This document shows, piece by piece, positions 1-11,136 of a DNA stretch of 64,000 nt (positions are counted from its first letter, which is position 1; every line of letters begins with the position of its first letter). The stretch is from an uncultured Methanosarcinaceae archaeon (GTDB taxonomy: Archaea; Halobacteriota; Methanosarcinia; Methanosarcinales; Methanosarcinaceae). The translations under genes were made by a program, and so were the position numbers. Under the pieces are notes generated by a model, which saw nothing but the letters and a program-made list of their open reading frames with translations, made no database searches and was not told the DNA's origin. The stretch covers positions 96,001 to 160,000 of the forward strand of contig CAWJYV010000001.1 of the NCBI GenBank assembly GCA_963847185.1. The letters are read 5' to 3'.

Positions 1-360
1 GGTTATGGAATAAGTGCTGGCACAGTGATTAAAGTATTCATTTTAATATGTTGTGGAGCCGTCCGGGATATATTTGGTCCATCTGGCTACAAGCGACATC
101 TCTGGCCATTGTACGTGGCTTCTAAGAATATGTGCGTGGAGGATTCGGGATAGATGTACTGCACTATCTTCCACAATTATCCCAGAAACCTCTCCGATAA
201 CTCAGATCTGAGTCATCGGGGAAAAGTAGTCGGAAGGCTATAAAAGAAGTGCTGGTATAGAGTATTTACTCTTTTTAATTGAGTTGTAGAACTTTCCGGG
301 AATATATTTGGTCCATTTGGCTACGAGCGACAGCCTTGGCCTTTGTACGTGGATTCTCAG
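1..360. repeat. Tandem copies (~233 bp period) of a dispersed intergenic repeat family; may continue left of the window
   Basis: Core GGGATATATTTGGTCCAT..GGCTA....GCGA......TGG....TGTACGTGG at ~65 and ~298; 1-64 aligns with ~238-300. Confidence 0.85.
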
Positions 361-502
361 CCAAAGTACGGACCACGATTATCATATAAAAATAAACATT
401 TTAAAAAGATTTATAAAGTATTATTAACTTTAAAGAGTAATTATAAAAGCATTGTTTAAGCTGACAACTTGTCTATAAAACTAGAAATATCAAGGGGTTA
501 TC

Positions 503-901
503 ATGAAAGACTTAGAAATAAAAATATTGGACGAAGCAGATTATATTTTTATTGAAACATTAAGGAATCTCGGGATGTCAAGAAATGTTGCTACAACCAT
601 GGCATATCTTATGAATGTGGATGAAGCTTCATCCCGTGAAATTGAAATAAGTACTGGATTAAGGCAGCCCGAAGTAAGTATTGCAATAAGGTTAATGTGC
701 AACCAATCCTGGGTTAGTACTCGCTCGGAAAAAAAACCTAGTAAAGGACGGCCGACAAAGATTTATTCTCTTGCAGCTCCGGTTGACGAGGCCATAAGTT
801 ATTACGAAGACAAGATTTACAAAGAATCTCAGGCAACCATCTCAGCAATCAAGAAGCTGAAAGTGATGAGCAAACAATTGTCTCTTACTTCCTCAAAGTG
901 A
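503..901 (+). CDS. Winged-helix transcriptional regulator (Methanosarcina COG4738-like)
   Basis: SSREIEISTGLRQPEVSIA helix-turn-helix and KGRPTKIYSL wing; paralog at 3356. Confidence 0.85.
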   Translation: MKDLEIKILDEADYIFIETLRNLGMSRNVATTMAYLMNVDEASSREIEISTGLRQPEVSIAIRLMCNQSWVSTRSEKKPSKGRPTKIYSLAAPVDEAISYYEDKIYKESQATISAIKKLKVMSKQLSLTSSK

Positions 902-1330
902 AGGATTTCAAATGGGGTTAGCTCCATAATGGCTGACCATTGAGAAAGATATGTAAAAAAGACAGCAAAAAGAGTTACATAAGAAGAAGCATAGGATCAC
1001 TGCATTTATTCACTGTATCCCCCATACAGTCTTCGACCATTAAGCTCCCCCAAGCATATTGGTTCGAAGAAGGATCAGCAATCCCAGGCGATTCTTTCAT
1101 TATGGTAGATGATTCCCCAGTTATTTCCCAACTCCAGCATATAATAATTGGATAAATTATTTAAAATAAATTATATCAAAAATTGCATTTAAACGAAAAA
1201 AAGTCCCATTTACTTTATTTTAAAGATATTAAAATTTTCAGAAAAATATAATTTTTCAATTATATTGAAATTGTGGATCAGAAACAATCTTTCGTATCGG
1301 TTATGATATATATCCCTGATACATTATAAA

Positions 1331-1437
1331 TGTACAGATTAAGAGAATAGGGTTTCCTCTTAATCTTTGGGTTGGATCGCAGGTAGGGATTTGAGAATAG
1401 GGACTCAAAACTCTACCATCTACTTCTAAGCTGATTT
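1331..1437 (+). ncRNA. Candidate two-hairpin sRNA with AAUAGGG loops, copy 1
   Basis: Stems AGATTAAGAG/CTCTTAATCT and GGTAGGG.TTTGAG/CTCAAA.CTCTACC; TATA-like GATATATAT ~1305; near-identical inverted copy at 39139-39245. Confidence 0.6.
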
Positions 1438-1449
1438 AAATTATTCATT

Positions 1450-1630
1450 TTACTCGTTCTAATTGCTTTGTGGAATTTTCAGGGATATATTTGGTCCATC
1501 TGACTATAAGCGATAACCTTGGACATTGTACGTGGCTTTTAAGTATGTGTGCGTAGGAACGAGGGATAGATGTACCGCGCCAGCTTTCTATATATTCCAG
1601 AAGTCTAGCCTAAGTGTTATGGAATAAGTA
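1450..1630. repeat. Dispersed intergenic repeat copy
   Basis: GGGATATATTTGGTCCATCTGACTATAAGCGATAACCTTGGACATTGTACGTGG at 1482, GGATAGATGTACCGCGCCAGC at ~1564, GTTATGGAATAAGT also at window start. Confidence 0.85.
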
Positions 1631-1784
1631 ACTGAAAAACGTAAGCTTAAGAATCTCTCTACATTATCCCCAAATACGGGTGAAATACTCGTTTTTCACA
1701 TTTGCTCAACGGACCTCTACTATCTAAAACAGTAAACCAGAAAAAATTGTAATAAAAATTTAAAAGAGATAAAAGGAGAACAAT

Positions 1785-2066
1785 TTAAAGTTTGAGTTCC
1801 ATAGCCATTTTTTGGAAAACCTTTCCTTTGTTAGTTGTAATAAAAAGCCCGTTTTCGTGCTTGATGAGTTCTTTTTCGTTCAACATTTCCAGATATTTCT
1901 GAGTAATATTAGAGTTTAGATTTGCCTCATATAAAATATGAGTTTTCTTCGCCCCGTTCATTGCTATTTTTAAAATATCTATGGCGATATCAGTCCTGCT
2001 TCTTCTTTTAATACTAACTCTCCTCCCCACAGTAGATTGAAAAAAATAACTATAGATGTTCAACAT
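1785..2066 (-). CDS. Winged helix-turn-helix protein (COG3432/HTH_45); true start probably downstream of the called one
   Basis: RRSRTDIAIDIL..GAKKTHILYEANLN..YLEML..FITTNKG pattern. Confidence 0.85.
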   Translation of the reverse strand: MLNIYSYFFQSTVGRRVSIKRRSRTDIAIDILKIAMNGAKKTHILYEANLNSNITQKYLEMLNEKELIKHENGLFITTNKGKVFQKMAMELKL

Positions 2067-2267
2067 TAATCGCTAAAGACTCTAATTCCTGCAGATTCTG
2101 CAATACCTGGATCAGTAACAACCACATTCTTTTTTTGCAGTTGTTGTTTTACCGAAGATGCATGTACAGGATTTAAGCTGGAGGTCAGATAACAAAAGAT
2201 GAAACATCCTCCTCTACAATCTAATCTCCAGTAAAGTGCTTAACGACATGTTTTATCCTGCTCGAAC

Positions 2268-2687
2268 TCAGGCAGGAGCTTCTTTGTTCATGATATAAGC
2301 GACCATTCCAGGGTTAAGTTTGCTTTCCCTTGAGACCTTTGCCTCAATCTCCTCAGCAGGTTTTCCTTCTATTTTCATCTCCTTTATTCTTTCAATCACT
2401 GAAGACGGAACGGTATAATATTCGTTTAGATCTTTTCTGTGACCCCATACATCCCCTTCGATAAGCTGAATTCTCTGCATCTGAAGGAACATTTCTATGG
2501 ATTTTGAAACCGTTGCCATGTAAGATTTCGGTAACTGAATAACCTCTATCTTCGGGCAGGTCTCAACTAACCCGAAAATGTCCTTATTTGAAGGTCTGAA
2601 GGCTAAGTGAATGATACGCTCATTAGGATTTAATGTAAAGATTTCCTCTCTTGAACTGACTACTCGGATTTTCATACTTTTCCCCAC
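2268..2687 (-). CDS. DUF1699 family protein
   Basis: MKIRVVSSREEI...LAFRPSNKD...EGDVWGHRKD signature. Confidence 0.9.
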   Translation of the reverse strand: MGKSMKIRVVSSREEIFTLNPNERIIHLAFRPSNKDIFGLVETCPKIEVIQLPKSYMATVSKSIEMFLQMQRIQLIEGDVWGHRKDLNEYYTVPSSVIERIKEMKIEGKPAEEIEAKVSRESKLNPGMVAYIMNKEAPA

Positions 2688-2752
2688 TTTTAAGTTCTTT
2701 CTTGACTGTAATGTGATATAATGTGCATATACTGATTATAAATAATCATCTC

Positions 2753-2774
2753 ATTGAACTAACATTATTTCAAT
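2753..2774. promoter_or_regulatory. Palindromic operator candidate upstream of DUF1699 gene
   Basis: ATTGAACTAACATTATTTCAAT, exact reverse complement of 44512-44533 upstream of the second DUF1699 paralog, next to a TTTATA box. Confidence 0.6.
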
Positions 2775-3355
2775 AGTATTCTGGAGATGCTGATTATACA
2801 AAATTTCCTAAATTGATCTAAAAAAGCCAAAAAAGAAATGAAAATCGATTTTAGAATGTCATTTTTCCATTTTTGCTTCACTTTTGCTCTATTTCATGCT
2901 ATGATTTTTTCAGAATCTGTCTAATTATTTTCATCTTCGATACCTTTCAGTTTCAGACTTTAATAAGAATTTACCGTTCAAGTAAAATAAATTAGTTTGT
3001 GGGAGTCAGGTACTGAAAGTCAAAAACAAAAGTATTTGTCTCAAACTTTGGAAAGCAAAGCAAAATTAGTAGCTATTCAGCCTACTTAAAATCAGTTTAA
3101 TGATACTGACTTCGGTGTAATTGATAACTGTAATTGCTAATCAATGAACAAAGAAAAACGTTTTTTTATTTATTTCATAGTATCAAAACGGCACAGATAT
3201 ATACTGCAGGTGCATATATTTTGAAAGTGTTTATAAGTTATCATCCATTTTAAAGATAGTATAAAAGCGTTCTTTAAGGGTCTAAATAAATAATTGTCAT
3301 GATATTTCTAAGTTGACAAGTGTACCTGCTAAACTACAAGTATGAAGGGGTTATC

Positions 3356-3754
3356 ATGAAAGACTATGAAATAAAAATTTTGGACGAAAACGATCATGTT
3401 TATATTGAAGCATTAAGGAATCTTGGGATGTCTAGAAATGTTGCTACAACCATGGCATATCTTGTGAATGTAGACAAAGCTTCGTCCCGTGAAATCGAAA
3501 TCAGTACCGGGTTAAGACAACCCGAAATAAGCCTTGCCATAAGGCTAATGCACAACCAATCCTGGATCAGTGTACGTTCAGAAAAAAAGCCTGGTAAAGG
3601 ACGCCCAACAAAGATTTATTCTCTTGAGGTTGTGGTTGATGAAATCATAAGTTATTATGAAAACAAGATTTACAAAGAATCTCGGGCAACCATCTCAGCA
3701 ATCAACAAGCTGAAAGTGATGAGCAAAAATATGCCCTTTACTCCCTCGAAGTAA
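3356..3754 (+). CDS. Winged-helix transcriptional regulator, paralog of 503..901
   Basis: High similarity to 503..901 including flanks; ATG at 3356 after GAAGGGG. Confidence 0.85.
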   Translation: MKDYEIKILDENDHVYIEALRNLGMSRNVATTMAYLVNVDKASSREIEISTGLRQPEISLAIRLMHNQSWISVRSEKKPGKGRPTKIYSLEVVVDEIISYYENKIYKESRATISAINKLKVMSKNMPFTPSK

Positions 3755-3871
3755 GGATTTAAAACAGGGTTAGATCCATAATGGTTGACAATCTTTTTTG
3801 GGGATTCACTATTATGGAAAATTAAATTTCTCCGGAATTCTCATTTAACTTTTCTATCTGCTCATCCTTAA

Positions 3872-4080
3872 TGTGGAGCCTTCGGGTATATTTGGTCCAT
3901 TTGGCTATAAGCGATAGCCCTGGACATTGTACGTGGCTTCTAGGCATACGTGCGTGGGTAGGGGGTTGAAAATTACAAAAAGAAGCTATGCTTGTTTTCG
4001 CCTTAGCCTCGTATACGCTCTGGCTTCGATAATAAGTGGCTTCTAGCCACATTATGCTGACTGAACGACTTACAAGCATT
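3872..4080. repeat. Dispersed intergenic repeat copy downstream of PAS kinase 1
   Basis: GTCCA-TTT-GGCTA-TAAGCGA-TAGCC-C-TGGAC hairpin then TGTACGTGGCTTCT; homologous to 31900-32100. Confidence 0.85.
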
Positions 4081-4087
4081 ATTAAAC

Positions 4088-7000
4088 TCAATATTGTAGA
4101 GCTGATGCCAGATTATCTTTTTCTGTTACTGTGAATTTTATAGTGAATTCCGTCCCCTTGTTCCTTTTCAGTTCAAGTTCACCATCTAATTGATCTACAA
4201 GGGAAGTTACTAGCTGAAGCCCAAGACTATCAATCTCTTCAATATCAAGGTTTTCAGGAATACCGACACCATTGTCTAAAACGGTCAGGGTAAAACTGGT
4301 ACTTTTACAGCCATTGCTTTTGCATTCGCCTTTTTCTTCTCTACGGAGTTTGATTCGGATTTCTCCTTTATCCATGTCAGGAAATGCATACTTGAGGGAG
4401 TTTGAAACTAGTTCGTTGATGATTATCCCTAATGGAATAGCAGCATCCATGTCTAAAAAAAGGTTCTCTTCTAGATCCAGATTTAAGCTGATATTTGCAT
4501 TTCCAAGCCTATATGTCTGGAAAAGATTTTCAGCTAGTTCCTCAATGTATGGCGAAAAGTTAAGTGTATCGAGTCCTTCACTTTTGTGTAGTTCCTCATG
4601 AATCAGAGCCATGGATATTACTCTGTCCTGGCTTTCCCTAAAAGCTTCAATAACTTTAGGATTATCGAACTTTTCAGCCTGAAGGTCAAGAAGGGATGAG
4701 ATGATTTGAAGGTTATTTTTAATCCTGTGGTGAATTTCTCTTTTGCGTGCAATTTCTATATTTGTCAGAGCTTTTTCTGCTTTTTTCCTCTCAGTAACGT
4801 CGAGAACAAAGGCTATGCCTTCATTGTGCACCCGATCGAAGGCAGCTATTCCAACAATGACAGGTACACGTGAACCATCTTTGCGAATGTATTCCTTTTC
4901 TTTTGGTTCTTTTACACCAATAGTTTTCATCTCAGCAATGGCTCTCTCGTCTAAGAATCGTTGCTCAGGCGGAGTCATCTTGTTCCAATTAACCTTCCCT
5001 TCCTGCAAGTCCTCACGCGTGTAACCTATAATCTCCAGTAACTTGTCGTTGGCATCGGTGATTAAACCATCAAGATTAAAGTAAAATACGCCGAACATAT
5101 CTGATTCGTAAAAGTGGCGAAGGCGTGTCTCGCTCTCACGCAGTGCTTTTTCTGCCTTGATACGCTCAGTAATATCTCTTACAATACCTGAGATAGCTAC
5201 AAGCTTTCCTGTAATGTCAAAGATCGGAGAAAAAGTTATTGAAACATTTATATGAGTACCGTCCTTTCTTAAACGTATAGTCTCATATTGGTGGATTTTT
5301 TCTACTTGTAGAACCCTTTCAGTTAATTTTTTTGTTTCGTCACGTAGATGGAATGGAGCCAGAAAGGATACGCTCTTTCCCAAAACTTCTTCAGCTAAAT
5401 AACCATAAACCTGCTCTGCAGCCTTGTTCCAGCTTGTAATAATACAATCAAGAGACAAGGTTATAATAGCATCATTCGACGATTCTATAGCATCTGCTAA
5501 TATCCTTATTTTCTCTTCTGTTCTTTTGCGCTCAGTTATGTCCTGGGTTATTCCCCTCACTCTAATAGGGATATTTTTCCCATCAAAAATAATTTCGGGT
5601 TTTGTATGGACTGAGCGCTCTTCCCCATTAGCTAAAATAATCCTATAATCAATGCCATAGAAATTCCCTTTTAATCCTTTTTTAACGGCGTTATCAAAGT
5701 AGTCTCGATCATCAGGGTGTATATAATTTAAAAGTTCATTAAGACCGGGGGCTGGTTCGTGAGGATCACGTCCGAAAATATGATACATTTCCTCAGACCA
5801 GTATGCTTTATCAGTTGCAATATTCCATTCCCAATTTCCAATATGAGCCATTTTTGAGCTTCAGCAAGACTTTTTTCACTTTCTTTCAACGAGTCATATG
5901 ACTTCTTCAAGTTCTAACTGTACGCTCTTTGACTAGTTTTTCCAAATTGTCACGTGCTTTTTTTAGAGCTTCTTCTGCCTGTCTGCGCTCGGTGATGTCC
6001 CGCGCCGCTCCTATCAGTCCTATGATGTTGCCCTGTCCATCATAGTACGGTGCTTTTACGGTCTGGAGGATGCGCCATCCATGTGATGTAAATATTCTCT
6101 CCTCTAAGGTTGTCCCTTTTCCGGTCTCTATGACTCGTTTGTCATCCTCCGCTAGCTTCTTGGCTATCTCAGGAGGGTGAAAATCGGCAACGGTTTTATT
6201 GAGTACCTCTTCAGGGGATTTGCCCATAAGCCTATAGTAAGCTGGGTTTGCCAGGATCATCCGGGCTTCTCTATCCTTGACGAAGATGGCGTCCGAGACG
6301 TTCTCCATGATGTCTCGGAGGAAGGCCTCACTCTTCCGGACCTCGTTCTCGATGCGACGCAGCTTCATAATCTTGTGAAGCTCATTAGCCACCAATTGGA
6401 GCTGCATGATATCGCGGTCGTTCGTACTCATCCACCTTGTTGCCCACACCGAAGATGATCCTCACCTTGTCGTTTTCGGTGACCGGCACGCTCATGAACC
6501 GCTTCACTGTAGCGTGTCCGGGCGGCAGTCCTTTTTGGTTCGGTGAGGAAGGAAAGTCGTTGTAGACCACCGGCCGCTTTAGCCGGACGCAATCGACCCA
6601 GTTACCTGCCTTTTCAATAGGGTAGTGCCCTTCGTTCCCTGCCAGTGCATGACCTCAATGCTTCCTGGTTCCAGGTGGTGAGGATGATCTCTTTCTCGTC
6701 CTCGGAGACGAGGTGGAAGAAGCCGATCGTGCTATCGGTTATCTTGACGGCTTGATTGAGTGCGAAATCGTAGAGTTCGCGGTCTGATAGGTTCGATGAT
6801 CGGGTATAGAGCTCGTATAAGCCGGTCGCTCGCGCCAGTTCGTTACTGAGCTGGTGCTCCGCCTGCCTGCGCTCGGTTATATCCTGGGTTATACCAAAAC
6901 CGCTTACGACAGCTCCATCTTTGTCAAACTCAAGATATGCTTTTTCACGTACCCACTTGATCTTACCGTCTACGATAATGCGGTGCTCGATGTCGTATGG

Positions 7001-8003
7001 TTCTCCATCTAACCCTGCTTTCCATTCTTTGTCAACATATTCCCTGTCATCCGGATGAACTGTTGAAAGAAAAGTCTCGTAGGTTAAAGGAGTACCTTTT
7101 GGGATTCCGAAGATACGATGATTTTCATCGGACCATGTTAATTCGTTTTTATGCACATCCAGACGCCAACTTCCTATATTTCCTACAGCCTGAGCCCGGT
7201 CGAAATCTTCACTTTTTTTCTCTAGCTTATCCACCAGAGCATCTCGTACCTCCAGCGACTGGGCTAATTTAATGTTACTATGGCTTAGCTGTGAGATCAT
7301 GTTAGCAAGTTTCATGAAGAAGGACATGCTCGTTTCAACAGTATCTCTGCTCAGCCGTGGAACTTTTTCCAGAGCTGCTATGTATTCCTCTTCATTAAAA
7401 TCATATTTTCTGGCCTGGGATCGGAAAAGCTCATAGTCCATAGGCTCGTCGTCAAAAAAGAACTGTCCTGAAAAGATATTGCCGACATGTTGGTTACCAG
7501 AGAAAATTGGAGTTACTATATCCCACATGTTGTTTTTGCACTTGTATAACTTAAACTCTCCCAGAGGAACGCCTGCGGACAGCTTTGTATCACTTTCCAC
7601 ACAGTGCTTGCAGGTTTCGGGGTGAACCCTATGGAACTTGGTGCAGATATCCTGCCATCCAACACCTATCAGAACATTGCCTTTGAGATCAAGTAAGGCC
7701 ATGGTAATGTGAGCAAATTTATAAAAGTCACTCATGAGGGACTGGACTGCCTGAACATCGATAATATCAGCCAGCTCAAGGTTTTCTACCCTCCTAGAAA
7801 GTGGGAGATCATTTTCCAACTTCAACCTGACGCGTTGCTCACTCTGGCTAAGCGCCTCGTTTGCCTTCTTACATTTGGTGATATCCCGGTTTAGTGCCAT
7901 ATTTTCGACATGTAAAGTCTTGATTGGCTTTTTCCAACTCAGCGATCCGTTCCCACATCTGGATCTCTATTTCATCCTTATTCGGAAGGTTAGAAGCACC
8001 CAT
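4088..8003 (-). pseudogene. Frameshifted multi-sensor histidine kinase (PocR-PAS-GAF-PAS-PAS-PAS-PAS-HisKA_2/HATPase)
   Basis: Consecutive ORFs 6614-7900, 6385-6570, 5907-6449, 5728-5910, 4088-5851 form one collinear protein (WQDICTKFHR PocR, EIHHRIKNNLQ H-box, DNGVG); N-terminus at 8003 matches 32102..33838; at least 5 frameshifts. Confidence 0.85.
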
Positions 8004-8532
8004 AATTCCCCAACCCTGCTTTAAAGCAGGGTGTTAATATTCTCTCGTTAAATCTCTTTAGTCTGAAATTTTTGTCTAACAGGACTGGTACAAATATGAT
8101 TCCCGAAAAATCCCCAATAATAACAATAATATTATATTTCCTGAATTATCCATATAGGTTCAGTCTTCCTAGCAACTGCCAATTCATCATTCAACCTTAT
8201 TTATATAATTTACTGTATTTTTATTTTTAAAATTTTGGCATGAGAGTTATTTGCAAGAAGGAATATTTTATCTATGATATAAAAAGACTTGAAAAATTCA
8301 GACAGAATTTATATTTAGGAAAAAAGTCTTGGAGACTTAACTATCAGGTTTTGCTACGACTCAATTTAGCCAAATGCTCGAGTATCATGTATAAATAGAA
8401 GGAAGTATAAAAAGCGACTTTTACTTCTTGTGTACCAGCCTCTTAATATCCACCCTCACATAAAAAATTCCCTTATAAACCCGATCCACAACATCCTCAT
8501 CTTCTTGTATTAGTAGCTACTTTTAAGCCTAG

Positions 8533-8625
8533 TTTTTTCAGTCAAACACTCGAATCAGGTTAGTGCATAAAAGCCTGATCTTTAGCATAACCTTTGAAGC
8601 ATACAAGGTTATTACAGATAGTATT
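8533..8625. ncRNA. Candidate structured element with two GCATA-loop hairpins, copy 1
   Basis: ~90 bp near-identical to 31663-31753; stems TCAGGTT/AGCCTGA and ATAACCTT/AAGGTTAT. Confidence 0.45.
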
Positions 8626-9097
8626 CTCTACCTATATTGCCTTCTGCAAGATTCAAAACAAATGGTGAGCTTAACTCATCCGAAAATAACAATACATAAT
8701 ATGGAACAGCACCATTATTCTAGTGAAAAATCGCATCATCACCCTTTATATACGAGCCGAAAGAAATAATAAATTGTCTTTCTGGGTTATAAGATTGCCA
8801 TAAAATTACCAAACATAAACCACCTTACGGGAAAACACCTCGATGATACCATACATCCCGTAAGCTTTCTTCAAGGCTGTCATTAATTCTTGGGGACAGC
8901 CAATTCTGCTTTTTAAAAATTAGTTTTTATGCCCACACCCTTTGTTATGATAGAAAGAGTTTAAACAATAGGTCCGGGATAATTAGAATTCAGCCTTTAG
9001 TTTTGGATGGATAATTAGCAAGGAAGTCAATTTACGAAGGCTGGCGCTTATTAGCGTAGCTTCTAGATAGGTCTACGAGGCGTAGATTAGAAAAAGA

Positions 9098-9310
9098 TTA
9101 GTCGTTGTCATTCTTCACCCATAGTATTTCTCTACTACTCAACGCCTGCACACGCTGCACTTTCCCTGAAGCTTCAAGCTCCGTTAGATTTTTGACTGTT
9201 GTTTTGTTTATGCAACCAAACTTCTGTGAGAGCCAGTGCGGATGCACCAGCTCACCTTCTGGCATAGCCGCCAAGAAGTCGTTGGGGTAGAACTGTTGTT
9301 TAGCGACCAT
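9098..9310 (-). CDS. Small winged-helix-like protein
   Basis: LSQKFGCINKTTVKNLTELEASGKVQR...W resembles HTH plus wing; GAGGA RBS upstream. Confidence 0.55.
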   Translation of the reverse strand: MVAKQQFYPNDFLAAMPEGELVHPHWLSQKFGCINKTTVKNLTELEASGKVQRVQALSSREILWVKNDND

Positions 9311-9908
9311 GATTATTCCTCTTCTTCCTCAATTTCTTCTTCATTTTCCTCTACTTCTTCATCTACAATAATAGTTTGTCTCAGTTTCATCGTAACACCA
9401 ATGCTATAAAAATCGATCAAAAAATATCTAATGTTGCAAAACAAATAATATAATATTTTTGAGTATAAGTGCGTTATTTTTTTTGTACAATTATTTTTTC
9501 ATGACTTATCAATGATAAATTATATGGTGGCGAATCCGACAAACATAAATAAACTTTGCTTGATATTTTCATTTGACTAAAGTTCACTCATTTTCTTCAA
9601 AATAATAAATAAACAATATAGAACATTTAAGCTACTATTTAAATTTTTTTATACAAGTTATTGAATAAATGCTTGAATCAATAGTATTAGGGACCTAAAA
9701 AGAAGACTCGAAATTAAAGTATATTTGTGCTTTATTCTTCGAAAGAACATTTTAATTTCCTATTAAAAAATACACTTCATTTTTGCCTAGAAACTATTTT
9801 TACTTTGCTAAAAATCGTGAAACTTAGTGAGGAGGACATACAACCCTCCTCTGGAGATAAACTATGAAATCTCCATATATTAGGGATATAATACTTGATT
9901 TCTTATAG

Positions 9909-10268
9909 TTGTTTATCATATATCGTGTTATGGGGAAGGATAGAGCAACAATTTTGTTTAAGGTATACATGAACGAAGAAACACCAAACGAAATTGATCT
10001 AAGAATATCTAAATTAAAAAAAGTTTCATCTAAATCAAATAAAAAGTTTTTAACTCTGCCTGGTTCAAATGCTATTGAATACAGCAGTAATATAAAGGGG
10101 TTCATAATACGCAGGTTAGGACGAATTGTATCAATTTCAAATGATGATATGAATTCTCTTATCAAAATGACAGACGATGACATGGAATCTTATATTATGA
10201 AAAGATTCCAAGGAGAGGAAAGAAAACAGGAAATTTTAAAAGAGTTCGTAAAAATAGTAATTGATTGA
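9909..10268 (+). CDS. Hypothetical protein
   Basis: 119-aa ORF in AT-rich accessory DNA; no recognisable motif. Confidence 0.45.
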   Translation: MFIIYRVMGKDRATILFKVYMNEETPNEIDLRISKLKKVSSKSNKKFLTLPGSNAIEYSSNIKGFIIRRLGRIVSISNDDMNSLIKMTDDDMESYIMKRFQGEERKQEILKEFVKIVID

Positions 10269-10299
10269 AAGGTGACATCATGAATTGTATTGATATTGT

Positions 10300-10445
10300 T
10301 TGCCCAAGAGGATACGAATCAAATGTATGTTGATTCTCACCAATTGATTTTTTCTTTTCTTTGTATCTTTTTCCAACCATATAAGCTCTCTGATCATTTG
10401 TAACGTTTCTTTTCGACAACTGATTTTAATCGTCCATATAATGAC
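10300..10445 (-). pseudogene. Fragment of phage/plasmid ParB-associated-type protein
   Basis: NQLSKRNVTNDQRAYMVGKRYKEKK..GENQHT resembles the NQLGRRNLT..Q.SY..G.RY motif of mobile-element proteins; upstream stop. Confidence 0.4.
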
Positions 10446-11136
10446 ATAAGAACAAGAATTGGAATCTTTTTTCTTTTGTTGTAAATTCAACTCTCAATTT
10501 TCTGAATATTTTCCTGATTTTCTAGGTTTATATGGAATACACGGATAGTATGTAATTATAAACACAAAAATAACGCTTAAGTCGAATAAAATTTAAATTC
10601 GTAGTTTTTTATTCAAATTATATGCAAAATCAGGGAAAATACTCAATTTTAGAGTATGTGTTCTAAACTCGACCATACAAAAGACTATAGGAATATACTT
10701 GTTTACATCGATGAGTAGGATAGTAAACACGAAAAAATACTATGAAACACATAGGCACTTTTCTCAAGGTCTAATGATATCGAAAAAAGGCAGTAGATTT
10801 TGATTATATAAAACTATTATTATAAGTTATTAAAAAACAAAATTTTTAAAAAGTGTAAGACAAATGTAACCACCGTGCAACAAACTGGGTATTTTTGCCC
10901 AACGCCCAATAAAGTAAAATAAGCAATGAATATTATAGAAATTCCTTTTAATTAATCAAACAATCGTTAGCAAGGTAAGTTACATCAAAAGCGCAAGTAA
11001 AATTTTTAATTTTCGATTTTAGTCAAAAAAAGACTATTAACCTTAACTTTAAAATAATTCAAGTACATATGAAGCTGAAAGAACTTTAGAGGCAAAACAC
11101 AATTGTTTTCCCAATAATTTACTAGATCAATTTTAT

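Noticed and set aside
65-125. Pyrrolysine read-through ORF in the dispersed repeat (TAG on the minus strand in several copies)
   Set aside because: Frames are not preserved between copies, and the TAG lies in a hairpin stem, which explains its conservation
3822-4091. 89-aa ORF
   Set aside because: Lies wholly on the dispersed repeat; other copies have indels and stops
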